DNA of 64,000 bases, taken from positions 26,858,070 through 26,922,069 of the forward strand of contig NC_092671.1 in the NCBI RefSeq assembly GCF_964355755.1, read 5' to 3'. The DNA is from Antedon mediterranea (Eukaryota; Animalia; Echinodermata). Below are positions 39,401-49,061 of the stretch, piece after piece; position 1 is the stretch's first letter; each line of letters opens with the position of its first letter. The notes beneath the pieces were generated by a model, which was not told the DNA's origin, did no database searches, and worked only from the letters and a program-made list of their open reading frames with translations. The position numbers were made by a program, and so were the translations under genes.

Positions 39401-39873
39401 TTATTTATTATTCGCACTTTATACTGTACTGCCTGCCAGAGTTGAGTAGGTATGACACTCGAAGCCGCTCTCCTGTCGTAGGCCTACTGTATATGGTGAC
39501 TGGACATTTAACATTTTTGGTGTCTATATCGCGCTAAAATTGAGGTTTTATTGTTGAAAATCTATTAGAACTCTATATATATTACGTTAAATTAACACTT
39601 TAATTTAACGCTTGGTAGGTCTTGGTTTTTAGTACACAACTAAACAAACTACCTGGTTACACTAATACTAGGTCCTATTTAGTAGTAATAGTAGGCCTAA
39701 TGGTTAGTACAGTAGTAATATACACAGTAGTAGGCCTGAATAAACCAATAAGGAAGCCGAGACTGAGATTAGGCTCAATTGTATTAACTTACCTTCACGA
39801 AAGATATTATACTGGCTAAGATTATAAAAATCAAAACACCCTGGGCTTTCCGGCGACTGCACCCCTTGCCCAT
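125..39873 (-). CDS. Giant multi-exon secreted/cell-surface FN3-repeat protein (>=51 FN3 domains, ~4,970 aa in window; 3' end outside window). Tenascin/fibronectin-like or R3 receptor-PTP-like ectodomain
   Basis: 55 exons with GT/AG boundaries join in frame from ATG 39873 to donor at 124. Each FN3 exon has W...Y...L-x-P-G-x-x-Y motifs and phase-1 ends. No TM or catalytic domain is visible in the window, so the family assignment is open. Confidence 0.88.
571..834 (-). CDS. FN3 exon (EVAVAEII...NIFRT)
   Basis: ttgtag|GA acceptor, G|gtatgt donor, 264 nt, FTW and LTPGQLY. Confidence 0.88.
1142..1423 (-). CDS. FN3 exon (VPSEVSV...VTFQT)
   Basis: tttag|TT acceptor, G|gtatag donor, 282 nt, LVWLPP and LPSTNY. 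Confidence 0.87.
2074..2334 (-). CDS. FN3 exon (EYLALNE...IKQRT)
   Basis: cttag|AA acceptor, G|gtttgt donor, 261 nt, AIW and LVPGRLY. Confidence 0.85.
2740..3027 (-). CDS. FN3 exon (KPNRPAY...SIGDT)
   Basis: ttcag|AG acceptor, G|gtatgt donor, 288 nt, IEWGPP and LSHSRMY. Confidence 0.87.
3468..4274 (-). CDS. Terminal half repeat unit 11: exons D 3996-4274 and diverged C' 3468-3710
   Basis: Same exon sequences as the array but with divergent introns; C' is 243 nt with a TAG acceptor. Confidence 0.85.
4575..6193 (-). CDS. Repeat unit 10: D 5915-6193, C 5529-5780, B 5129-5425, A 4575-4850
   Basis: Four phase-1 FN3 exons with GT/AG ends. Confidence 0.88.
6493..8917 (-). CDS. Repeat unit 9: D 8639-8917, C 8253-8504, B 7853-8149, A 6493-6768
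   Basis: Same four exons; B-A intron enlarged by an 835-bp insertion. Confidence 0.88.
6983..7817 (+). mobile_element. Non-autonomous PIF/Harbinger-like element (835 bp)
   Basis: 17-bp perfect TIR AGCCCCTTTCTCACAGA/TCTGTGAGAAAGGGGCT, 3-bp TSD TAT (6980-6982, 7818-7820), empty site present in all other units, internal CTGTGAGAA repeats, Myb/SANT-like stub at 7275-7352. Confidence 0.9.
9218..10804 (-). CDS. Repeat unit 8: D 10526-10804, C 10140-10391, B 9740-10036, A 9218-9493
   Basis: Four phase-1 FN3 exons. Confidence 0.88.
11105..12715 (-). CDS. Repeat unit 7: D 12437-12715, C 12027-12278, B 11627-11923, A 11105-11380
   Basis: Four phase-1 FN3 exons. Confidence 0.88.
13015..14601 (-). CDS. 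Repeat unit 6: D 14323-14601, C 13937-14188, B 13537-13833, A 13015-13290
   Basis: Four phase-1 FN3 exons. Confidence 0.88.
14902..16512 (-). CDS. Repeat unit 5: D 16234-16512, C 15824-16075, B 15424-15720, A 14902-15177
   Basis: Four phase-1 FN3 exons. Confidence 0.88.
16812..18422 (-). CDS. Repeat unit 4: D 18144-18422, C 17734-17985, B 17334-17630, A 16812-17087
   Basis: Four phase-1 FN3 exons. Confidence 0.88.
18722..20332 (-). CDS. Repeat unit 3: D 20054-20332, C 19644-19895, B 19244-19540, A 18722-18997
   Basis: Four phase-1 FN3 exons. Confidence 0.88.
20633..22240 (-). CDS. Repeat unit 2: D 21962-22240, C 21555-21806, B 21146-21442, A 20633-20908
   Basis: Four phase-1 FN3 exons; somewhat more diverged than internal units. 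Confidence 0.88.
22539..29559 (-). CDS. Repeat unit 1: D 29281-29559, C 28792-29043, B 28387-28683, A 22539-22814
   Basis: Same four exons with divergent introns; B-A intron expanded to ~5.6 kb. Confidence 0.87.
24746..27613. mobile_element. Non-autonomous Academ-like DNA transposon with ~1.3-kb inverted arms
   Basis: 5'-TAGACA...TGTCTA-3' termini, 3-bp TSD TGT (24743-24745, 27614-27616). The centre encodes HIKRAHFQA...LPSPTDFGW...CGCKTRC followed by RCRCKKSKLPCTALC, matching the AcademX C-terminal Cys-rich finger. Confidence 0.85.
25440..26890. repeat. ~70-80 bp minisatellite (core ATTACCTGCCATCAATATGATGGATTATGAT) in both arms of the Academ element
   Basis: About 7 direct copies at ~25440-25970 and about 6 inverted copies at ~26420-26890. 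Confidence 0.85.
28143..28174 (-). mobile_element. Solo hAT-like terminal repeat remnant
   Basis: Reverse complement reads CAGTGTTCCGCAACCTTTTTTGACCACGACCC, a typical hAT end; no partner end or TSD found. Confidence 0.4.
29931..30054. repeat. 24-bp minisatellite x5 (TAGCGATGTTTTGTATCGCGTGCC-like)
   Basis: Five visible tandem copies; explains the repetitive spurious ORFs. Confidence 0.9.
30197..30433 (-). CDS. FN3 exon preceding the array (KTVNITFV...VSVRT)
   Basis: ttcag|AA acceptor, T|gtgagt donor, 237 nt, FVW and LTPGQLY. Confidence 0.87.
30956..31196 (-). CDS. Exon: C-terminal half of second 4-Cys non-FN3 domain
   Basis: atag|AAT phase-0 acceptor, A|gtgagt donor, 241 nt. Confidence 0.8.
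31663..31829 (-). CDS. Exon: N-terminal half of second 4-Cys non-FN3 domain (GVEIVSG...GDNLWNITADLKDT)
   Basis: tatag|GT acceptor, ACT|gtgagc donor, 167 nt; missed by the ORF track. Confidence 0.8.
32344..32790 (-). CDS. Exon: first 4-Cys non-FN3 domain (149 aa)
   Basis: catag|GT acceptor, G|gtatgc donor, 447 nt open frame. Confidence 0.83.
34141..34395 (-). CDS. FN3-like exon (LPAEPSL...DNFIR)
   Basis: tctag|TA acceptor, A|gtaagt donor, 255 nt. Confidence 0.82.
34806..34976. mobile_element. Harbinger/Tourist-like MITE (171 bp)
   Basis: TIR AGGCCAATTTACACAG/CTGTGTAAATTGGCAT (1 mismatch) flanked by TAA on both sides. Confidence 0.7.
35033..35310. mobile_element. Tc1/mariner (pogo/Tigger-like) MITE
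   Basis: TA|CAGTAGAAC...GTTCTACTG|TA with internal AGGGGACAC-like repeats; related fragments at ~37090-37340 and ~44345-44450. Confidence 0.7.
35338..35592 (-). CDS. FN3 exon (GNSELRR...VQYAT)
   Basis: gttag|GT acceptor, T|gtgagt donor, 255 nt, LHW and LEPGTLY. Confidence 0.85.
36315..36597 (-). CDS. Exon 2, FN3-like (TTVLPPN...FITTN)
   Basis: aacag|ACT phase-0 acceptor matches exon 1, G|gtatgt donor, 283 nt. Confidence 0.8.
39793..39873 (-). CDS. First coding exon, signal peptide MGKGCSRRKAQGVLIFIILASIISFVK
   Basis: AACATGG start context, basic n-region plus hydrophobic h-region, AAG|gtaagt donor in phase with exon 2. Confidence 0.75.
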
Positions 39874-42306
39874 GTTTTAGTTTCAGATTCTGATCTTCGA
39901 TCTGTCAAAAATTCCAACCAGTTATTTATGTAACTTGACAATAATTTCAAAGGCCTCTAGCCAGCCAGCAGTCCCAGCTTCTTTTTTACGTACGCTGACT
40001 AAGAATTCATGTTAGAAGAAAGTTAATTGTCAATCTACCAGTGGATTTCGCCCACCGTTTGAGTTAAATATAATACAAAGAACACACAAACCTATTACTG
40101 AATTGGGCATTGTGTAAGGCTTTCTTTTATGCATGACTTAAACCATTGTTGTTGTGCCTCACCTTCCGTAAGATATGTTTGTATAACGCGGTTCATTCAT
40201 TCATTTTCTTCTCGATCCCTTTTTATCAAAACACGATAGCGCCACCAACATTGGTAATAAGAATACGAAACAGCATTCAAAAAATATCACAAGAGTCAAA
40301 TTCAATGAAAATATTAACAGTGTATGTTGGCTGTAACGTCTTTGAGAGTATAAATCGTTGACAAATAAGAGGAAATAGAACAATGTGTCCATAATTGTAT
40401 ATTTTATAATTATATTAACCTCTGATTCAGTTGTTGAAATTAATTGTCGACTTTCCGAAGGAGAAAAAAAACTTCTTTCCCTAAGACTTAAATTCTGCCC
40501 AAAACCGTGGCAGGTCGGCCGGCGCATAACTATCTTTGGATATGGAGTTTTTCTCCAGAAGATTACGATTACGTAAAGATTTTGCTGATTCAAACAGCAC
40601 ACCACGCAAAACGAAGGCAACGCTAACAAATTTAAACCAAAAAGTTCCTGGAATCCACCTAAAGATCCTAAGATTGGACTTCATTTGGCACAGGTCAATC
40701 CAGTTCCAGGCAGATTTTATTTCCTACCTAAAATTAACAAAGCAGGCAATCCTGGTAGACCCATTATTTCGGGCAATGGCACTGCTACAGAGAAAATTTC
40801 TGAATATGTGGATGATAATTACTTAGACCATATGTGACTGATCTCCCTTCATACATTCAGGACTCCACGGACTTTATCCGCAAAATTAACCAAATTCAAA
40901 ATTTACCTAATAATTCTGTTCTGGCTATACATACATTAGATGTTTCATCATTGTATACTAATATCCCTCACGAAGAAGGAGCCGGTGCATGTATTTTTAA
41001 TTACAAACAAATTCCAGGCAAAACGCCTACTAAAGCTCATTTACGAGAACTGGTCATGTTGATTTTAACCAACAACAATTTTATTTTTGGGAAATGACCA
41101 TTACCTTCAAATTCATGGCACAGCGATGGGCACAACAATGGCGCCATCTTTTGCAAATTTATTTATGGGGGACAATTTGAGGCCAATTTTCCCTCCAACC
41201 TTATAAACCACTTGTTTAGTTTAGATACAGTGACGACATCTTCATGATCTGGACCCATGGTGAAGACAATTTTGAATCTTTTCTTCTCAATATTACTTCA
41301 GCCCACCCAACTATCAAATTTACAGCTACCAAATCCACTAGTAGCGTTGATTTTTTGGACACTATAGTGACCATAGAAAATGGTACACTCAAAACTGACC
41401 TATTCCGTAAACCCACGGATATAAATATGTACCTGCTCCCTAGCAGTTGTCATCCACGACACTGTACTAAAAACATACCGTACAGTCAAGCATTACGTAT
41501 CAGAAGTATCTGTTCTTCAGATTTAGATTTTCAGAATCGTACCGAAGAACTAACCGGACATCTCCGGAATAGAAATTACAAGAAGGAATGCATCGAAACT
41601 GCTATAAAGAAAGCAAAAGATGTTCCTCGATGTCAAAAACTGACGTACAAACCACTTCAGCCAAAAAATTCGACCAGAGTGCCATTGGTCACAACCTATC
41701 ACCCTAGGTTGCCTCCATTACGGGCTATTATTGAGAAACATATGCCCATTCTACAGTCCACAGAACGTCTCAGGACTGTTTTTCCGGAACCACCCATTAT
41801 TGCATTTTGTAGACCTCCCAAGCTTCGTGATATATTAGTCAGATCCAAATTTAAGAGTGAAATTAACTCTCATGACAGCCAAAATTTGGGCAGTCACCTT
41901 TGCAGCAAATCTTGTTTATTGGGTGATTCTACTGGAAAATTTAAGAGTAACCAAACTGGCCGCATTTTTCGGATAAGACAATCAATTAATTGTCTAACCA
42001 AAAACGTCATTTATCTCATATACTGTAATATTTGTGGCAAACAGTACGTCGGAGAAACAAAACCACTCTCCGTATGAGAATGACAGCTTGATCAACCTGT
42101 AGCCGAACATTTTAATTCAGCTGGTCACTCGATTGCAAATTTCAGAGTTATTACAATAGACCACGATGTCAAATGGAGCGACAAAACTCGCAAAGACAAA
42201 GAAAGCCACTGGGAATTACAACTTAAAACCACAAAACCTTTTGGACTTAACATTAGAAACATACTCCCAGATCGGTAAAATTATTCAATTGACTACCAAA
42301 ATGTAA

Positions 42307-42827
42307 TGATGTATTGTCCCTTGAAACACAAAAAATGAAAAAAAAAAAAATTCTAAATATAAATTGGCCATATCAAAGTAATATTAAAGTTATTCACTTT
42401 AAGTCGAAAATTCGAGGCAAAAACAACAAGCTTACGTAATTAACAGGTAAATTAATTTGATTACATTTCGTCTGGAAAATCGTCACGAGCGAAAGTAAAA
42501 GATTTCAAACCACGAGTATGCATTGTGCATGATGCTAATTAGGATTGTTTACAACTCGTCGCGGTTGAGAAGGTGTTTTCACACAGATCGCGAGGAAGTT
42601 TTATGATTATGCATACAGAGTAGTCAAACAAGCGGCGTTGCATTATGAGATATGTTTTGATCGAAAACTTTGACTGGAAGTCAAAGTTATTTTTTGAACA
42701 AAAAAACGTCCGTATTTCGGTTACATTATTTTTTTTTAAACTCATTTTTTGTGAAAGTTACTAACTATTATGATATTTCAAAATGACCCACTTTTTTTCG
42801 AATTATAGTCAAAGGGACAATACATCT
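42307..42827. mobile_element. Kolobok-like MITE nested in the PLE 3' region
   Basis: TIR GATGTATTGTCCCTT/AAGGGACAATACATC, right end followed by TTAA, left TSD degenerate (GTAA). Confidence 0.6.
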
Positions 42828-43027
42828 TTAAGTTTCAATATTAACCACCATTTAAGCTGTTTTTAGTTTAATTCCAAAATTGTTTACATCTCTACCAAGC
42901 TACCTTCTTTGTTTTCTACTCTTATTCAGACTCTACCCTGCCTCCTTTTGTTTTTTTTTTCTTTTATTCCTGTCCACGCAGGCAGCACTTGCCAGCTCTT
43001 ATACTATGACGTTATCCAAATTTCTTC

Positions 43028-43073
43028 ATTTACACTGATGAAGGGCTAGTGTTGCCCGAAAGCTCTGCTAAAT
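43028..43073 (+). ncRNA. Minimal type I hammerhead ribozyme of the Penelope-like element
   Basis: ATTTACA-CTGATGA-A-GGGC(TAGTGTT)GCCC-GAAA-GCTC-TG(C)TAAAT: core boxes, stem II, stem I and palindromic AGCT. Confidence 0.8.
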
Positions 43074-43174
43074 TTTCTGGCTGTTTAACTTTTCGCTTTT
43101 TTTTTGTATCTCCATTGAGATCCAGCCACTGATACCCACAGCATTGTAATTTTTTCAGTTATGTGCCTTTGGAA

Positions 43175-43225
43175 TTATTATTATATTATATATATTATTA
43201 TATTATATATATTATTATATTATTA
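43175..43225. repeat. AT-rich microsatellite (ATTATAT-type)
   Basis: Visible low-complexity tandem run. Confidence 0.8.
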
Positions 43226-45149
43226 AAATAAATTGTCGTCTGTGAGATTTTGACTGGTGCACATGATAATATTATCATGATGTCAATGACACTTACCTCC
43301 AGTCCTCATTTTTCTTTCTCGGAAAAACGTATTATGTATACCGTACGGTTACTCAACCAAACAAATCCAACTAAGGCGCAGGATTGGTCTGGGTGGGTAT
43401 TTCGCACCTTCTTCGATTTGTGTTGTGTTTTTTTTTCAAACACACTCATAGGTTAAGCCTACCATCTGTGTTTAAGTTTATAGGCCTACTCAGACATTAC
43501 TTTAAAACATGCTTGTCCAATAAACAAAACAACGTTGACATGAGGTACTAACGAGCAGACAGATGATCAAATTATTATTTGAATGCGGGCCTATGGCAGT
43601 TTTGGTTCTTCCTTATTTTAATGGCATCACTACAATACCGGATTCATCGATGCTTTCTCCTGACCCTTCGACGAGAAGTACTGTAGCACTATTCTGTCCA
43701 ATCATGGACTTATAAATTAGAGGTTCATGGTCCAACTGTTCACACTTATTAAGCCTATTGAGTGAAGTATGAGATGAACCGAGGCACACTTCTTCGTTGG
43801 TTTATTGATGCATTAAATACTATAAAGATATGTTTATTAATTAAATAAGCCATAAGCAAAAAGAGACTGATACAAATCAAGATTTTCAGTTAATGTGCAT
43901 ATTTTTATTTTAGCCACATACCAAAAAATCTAACTATATTATTACACTTGTAAGTGCCTACTAAAAATCCACGACCCAATGCAATCCTTACAATAATCTG
44001 GGATTTTTTCTACACGTACACTACGATATGTAAATTACTGGGTACTGATTATATATACATAATAAATACATTATATGAACAGGAATAAAGATAATGTAGG
44101 TCTCATGTGACCTCATACATGTTTAAAAGTGTTAGGCCTAAAACCTATAGAATTCAAAACACAAGAGATGTGGATTATTATAATTATACTATGCATCAGT
44201 CTCGTGTCTAATAAAGTTTATATTATAAACTTTATTTAGACAAGAGACTGATGCACAGTAGGCCTACAACTCGTTTAATCAACAGTGATTGTTTTTAAGT
44301 TCGTGATATTAGAAGAAAAAAAGAAAGAATTTGAAAAGAAAATTACAGCAGAATCCCTTCCATCTGACCGACACCCCTATTTAGAGGACACCATACCGGT
44401 GCTCCCCGCGTAAACGGGAACCCCTTATCAAGTGTCTCTTTTATAGGAATTATACTTAATAACTGATTTTTTTTCCTTCATTTTTATCTTTAAATAATAA
44501 TAAACACATTTTACATATAGTATCTAGCCATTTTAAGAGCTGGATGTACACCATCATGATCATGGAAGAGGGCATGCCTTCTCATAAAAACCATACGCTA
44601 AAATATTTTTTCCCACCTAATTTTGAAAGCTAACGGGAGCGAATACAGAATTCTTAAACAGGGAAGGGGGAATTTTTATTTATTTATTTTATTCATTTTC
44701 AGCAACATTTAAAACAACGCATAGACTTGGAGTGTGCCGAGGATCGAAGTGGCAAAATAGGTTAGAGGACCACACCAACACTCACAGAATTAAACAAAAA
44801 CAAAAACAAATTGAATCAATCAATGTGAATAATAGGCATAATAGATTTAGTCCATGGCTCATTAGCATATTTTTTTTAATGTAGGCCCATCGAACTTCCA
44901 CTTACAAATTAGGAAGAAACCTGGAAGTTCATCCACAAACCAACAAATCTGGTTCTCCTCTATCAGTTTTGGATTTTTAGATGTTTGAAAGTTAAAATAT
45001 CCAAATACATACAATTGATAATCAACGTATTTAAATTAAAACTTTGTTTAATAAATATAACATTTGTGTGACAAAAATAATAGTAAAGTAATTTCGGCTT
45101 GATTCAATTGTCAACAAATTGAGTTTAAATAAATATCTTATCTATCTTT

Positions 45150-45480
45150 CTTTAAATTCTTTTATTAACATTACATTGGCGAGAGATACCAAACAAGGGA
45201 GCAATATATTGAATAAGAGGAAGAACAAGGTATTTATAATGATTAAGTAAAACAGCTTTAGTGGCATTTAGCATTTATTAGCATTAAGGGAAAATAATTA
45301 AGTGCTGACCATCAGGAGATCATATCAATGTCCCGCTGTAGAGGTAAACCATATTTTCCATCCTCCTGATACATTTAGTAAGATATTAAATAACAGGGGT
45401 ACAAGCACAGACCCATGAGAAACGTCTTATCAATGTTTTTATATACAATAAGATCATGAATGTATATGATTTCCAGAGTT
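45150..45480 (-). mobile_element. Highly decayed CR1/L2-like LINE RT fragment
   Basis: Minus strand gives VSHGSVLVPLLFNI (cf. GVPQGSVLGPLLF) and a YCSLVW-like relic. Confidence 0.4.
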
Positions 45481-45986
45481 GGAATATACAAATTAGCTGA
45501 AAACATGTATAAATATCGTCAATTGGAGGATCATAATGTATGATGAAAAGAAAATAACGAATAACAATGATCTGTTACAATTCAGTGGAAAATTGGGTCA
45601 GGGAGCCTTCCCCTAGCTTCTACTTTATCTGGCTAGCATTCCATTCTTTACCATCGAGCCCTCTCCTATTATTAACGTTATAGGCCTACTTCCCCATTTC
45701 ATTTCGTGGCATAGTAAGGTACAGTAGGGCCTACAGCAATTAATTTTTGATGTTCCGTTTTTCATGTCTTTCTTTGATGGCATAGTTTAGCTTTTTTATT
45801 CAACCAGGGAAGAGTAACTCTTCCCTGATATAACTGTCTATGTAGTCTTAATTATTGTTTAATTTTCAACCAATCAGCAGCATGTCTCATTGCACAAAAC
45901 ATACAAACATTTCACTGTTTTGTAATTCTGAAAACAATTTAAGCAACACAATCGAAACAGCAGTGGTTACCACATCATGTCAACCT

Positions 45987-48900
45987 TCAAACAATATCGT
46001 CTAATAATTTATTCAATTCTTCAATTCGTGGGTGATTTTCTTCATAAACAGTCCGAAGAACTGACAAAGATTTGCTGATATAATCCTGTGCTTTTTTTGT
46101 ATCTGTAAGCTCTCTGAACACATTGCCTAAATGTTTTAATGTTTCACTGGTACCTACAGCTTGAGATCCCTTATTGCTTAAATCTTCAAATATTTCTAAG
46201 GCTTTTTCGTGTTTCAATTTAGCCATCTGTAGGTCTCCACGTTCACTATGTATCAGACCTATCCCATTTAATGTATTTCCTACCTCCGAACTAATTTTTC
46301 CGAATGATTTTTGAAAAATCTCGAGACATCTCTCCCCGTTTGATAATGCATCTTTTAAATTATGCATTTCTCTTTGTGTATTGGACAGATCGTGCAAAAC
46401 TTCACCAACGTAATAGTGTGATGTGCCATAATATTGTTCTCGAATTTTAAGGGATCGCTCTAACGTTTCCATAGATTGTTGCAGATCTCCCTTTGCACGG
46501 TATGTAAAACCTAGAAAATATAATGTTTCGCCAACATTTGGATGTATATCACCGTGGATTTCTTCGTGGATGTTTAAAGCTTCTAAGAGTGCATGAACAC
46601 TGTCATTATACTGTCCAAGAGAATAGTAATTTGTCGCTAAAGTATTTAAAACTCTTGCTACTCGTTGGTCGTGAGCACCATACGCTTCTTTGGTAATATC
46701 CAATGCTTCATGATATAACACCTTAGCTTTGTTTAATTCACCCTGCCTATTATACACCACAGCAAGATTTAAAAGGAAGGCTCCTAGGCGTGGATGTTTA
46801 TTCGAGTAAATTTGTTTTGCAAGTTCTACGGCTTGTTCGTGGTATTGCTGAGCTATGTCAAGTTGCTTTCTGTACCTGTGGAGAACTCCCAGTAAATGCA
46901 AAGAGACAGCAATCATTGGTGAAAAGCCACACTTCTCTGAAATATCGAGAGCAAGTTCATGTAAATTCTGAGCTTTCGACATTTTCTGACCTACACCTCT
47001 GTAAACTGTTCCCATCATGTTCAGTAAAAGAGTAGTATTTGCTATTGAAGTTTGTTGTACATTTATGAGAGAGCCCGTAGCAAAATCCTCAACTAGTTCC
47101 ACAATTTTCTCAAGGTCTCTAGGTTGTTGGTTTCCAGTGTAATATATATAAAGAACAGAAAAAAATGCTCCAAGCTCTGGCTTCCCTTCTGAGAAACTTT
47201 CCTTTGTCATATTTACCAAGAACGTGACTTCCGGCATAACGACTGTAGATTTATGCTTATTTGGCCAATAGAGGTAGGGTTCTGCCATTGAGTTAAGAAA
47301 TTTCCAACAAAATTCCTTGGTTATTATTTTGGAATATTCAAGATTTAACGGACGTAAGTGCGACACCAAAGACATTAAAACATCCACAAGTTTGAAGTTT
47401 AGCGTCGTATACTCTGTCATTTGGTTTAACGAAGCTTCCGGCTTGTCATCTAATACTTTTGATATCACTTTAAGAATTCTTTGTAAAGAATTTTCAACAA
47501 AGCGATTTCCTTGAGTAGAATTGTCATGGAGCCATTTCGATGTACAAACTTTACGAGATGCTTCTCTGGTAACTTGGTGCGAAAGAATAAAAATATGCTC
47601 TGATCGATTCTGCAGTTCATAAATCGATGATCTATAAATTAACTCCTTAACACTGTATGTTGTATAGTCTTGAAGAACAGAGTTCATTGCAACATATTGC
47701 AAAAAAAGTTGCACGGATATTGTCTGCGAGTCACAGTATCCTACGAAGAAAGCAAGATCTTTGTATAAATCCCCATCGCTTCCGTTAACTAGCTGGTTTA
47801 TTGTTTTAATTGACGTTGTCAGCATTGATAAGTCATAGGGTAAGCCTTCATCTTTGGCCTCCTTCCATAGAAAGTCAATATCAGACCTGTACGCTTCTAA
47901 ATCCAGTTTAAATTTTTGTAGGTAATGGAAATAAGACTCGTATCTGTGGAGAGTTCTTTCTGTTTTAATATAAATTGCTGCGTTTGCTAATGAAAAAGGC
48001 AAGCCACCCAATTCTTTTGCTAGATAACTTGCGTTTTTGTTATCATTATATATTTTAGTGATAGTGTTTAACAATTTAACAGAATCAGTAGGATGCATAC
48101 CGTCAAATAAATTCATGTAGTGAGTATTTGGTAACTCGTAGATGGGTCGGTGTTGAGTAGTTACAACAACTCTTAGCTCACCATACTCGTCATTACCGGG
48201 ATGTAGTAGGCGCATTCCATAGCTTCGACGTTTATAAAGAAATTTGTACATTTCTTTTTGTACATCGTCAAATATAATCACTGGTCTACTCGATCTTCTT
48301 TTAAAAGCCTTTTTAAGCTGACAAAATGTCGTTAATACCTCTTCTTCTCCAATGTCGTTGCTGTAAGTTATTTCATCAGCACCCTTTCCTTCTAATCTGC
48401 CAATGATGTATTCTATTGAATGCTGAAGTTCAGTCATAGATTCCGCATTTAATCTGATTACATCAACAGGAGGGAGAAATGAAGAATTAAAAAACAAAGG
48501 GAAATGAGTGTGAAACCAATCAGACCATGTCCCGTTATTGTTAGTGTATACATGCTGACCAAACTGTCTGGCAAGCTCTGATTTCCCAGAACCAGGTCCA
48601 CCACTAATTACCACATGGATTTCTGTGTGTCTATACATTGATGATAAATGATCGAACTTCTTGACAATATGCTTCACATCCCAGGATCGCTCGTATGAGT
48701 CATGTGACAACTTATCTTTCAATACGAGTAAATTCCTGGAATATCCAATGTCACTGAAATTCGGTTTCATTAAATATAAACCTGCCAAAGTTGTGATAAA
48801 TAGGCCTATCGGCAACATATTATAATCATATTCAACGCTAAACAACCAGATCCTCCACAGATATTTCAGAAATGTCTTGCCTCCGACTAATTCGCCAATA

Positions 48901-49061
48901 AGGCTTTTAACAAATTTATATTTTGTATCTGTGCTCTCAGTTTTCTTCCCTGACATTATATTTGACTTGCCACTGCTCTGGGATGTTTTGTTTTTCGTTG
49001 TTTGAGATCTGCCATGTTGTTGTCGACCAGTGGTTCCACTTTGTGATCGTGTAAAAAACAT
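45987..49061 (-). CDS. Intronless STAND NTPase (NB-ARC-like) with C-terminal TPR repeats, 1024 aa
   Basis: Walker A GGPGSGKS, Walker B VIIFDD, VVVTT, GGLPFSLANAAIYI, winged-helix SHQVT, and ~42-aa kinesin-light-chain-type TPRs (HPRLGAFLLNLA, HPNVGETLYFLG). Confidence 0.92.
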   Translation of the reverse strand: MFFTRSQSGTTGRQQHGRSQTTKNKTSQSSGKSNIMSGKKTESTDTKYKFVKSLIGELVGGKTFLKYLWRIWLFSVEYDYNMLPIGLFITTLAGLYLMKPNFSDIGYSRNLLVLKDKLSHDSYERSWDVKHIVKKFDHLSSMYRHTEIHVVISGGPGSGKSELARQFGQHVYTNNNGTWSDWFHTHFPLFFNSSFLPPVDVIRLNAESMTELQHSIEYIIGRLEGKGADEITYSNDIGEEEVLTTFCQLKKAFKRRSSRPVIIFDDVQKEMYKFLYKRRSYGMRLLHPGNDEYGELRVVVTTQHRPIYELPNTHYMNLFDGMHPTDSVKLLNTITKIYNDNKNASYLAKELGGLPFSLANAAIYIKTERTLHRYESYFHYLQKFKLDLEAYRSDIDFLWKEAKDEGLPYDLSMLTTSIKTINQLVNGSDGDLYKDLAFFVGYCDSQTISVQLFLQYVAMNSVLQDYTTYSVKELIYRSSIYELQNRSEHIFILSHQVTREASRKVCTSKWLHDNSTQGNRFVENSLQRILKVISKVLDDKPEASLNQMTEYTTLNFKLVDVLMSLVSHLRPLNLEYSKIITKEFCWKFLNSMAEPYLYWPNKHKSTVVMPEVTFLVNMTKESFSEGKPELGAFFSVLYIYYTGNQQPRDLEKIVELVEDFATGSLINVQQTSIANTTLLLNMMGTVYRGVGQKMSKAQNLHELALDISEKCGFSPMIAVSLHLLGVLHRYRKQLDIAQQYHEQAVELAKQIYSNKHPRLGAFLLNLAVVYNRQGELNKAKVLYHEALDITKEAYGAHDQRVARVLNTLATNYYSLGQYNDSVHALLEALNIHEEIHGDIHPNVGETLYFLGFTYRAKGDLQQSMETLERSLKIREQYYGTSHYYVGEVLHDLSNTQREMHNLKDALSNGERCLEIFQKSFGKISSEVGNTLNGIGLIHSERGDLQMAKLKHEKALEIFEDLSNKGSQAVGTSETLKHLGNVFRELTDTKKAQDYISKSLSVLRTVYEENHPRIEELNKLLDDIV

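Larger units (their letters stand above)
40400..43160 (+). mobile_element. Degenerate Penelope-like retroelement (RT + GIY-YIG endonuclease)
   Basis: Frameshifted fragments [67 protein letters not shown]; boundaries approximate. Confidence 0.9.

Noticed and set aside
125-39873. Assigning a gene symbol such as PTPRB/PTPRQ/TNX
   Set aside because: The diagnostic C-terminal domains lie outside the window
43297-43400. GAG|gtaagt donor on the minus strand as an upstream exon of the FN3 gene
   Set aside because: No supporting acceptor or frame; needs transcript data
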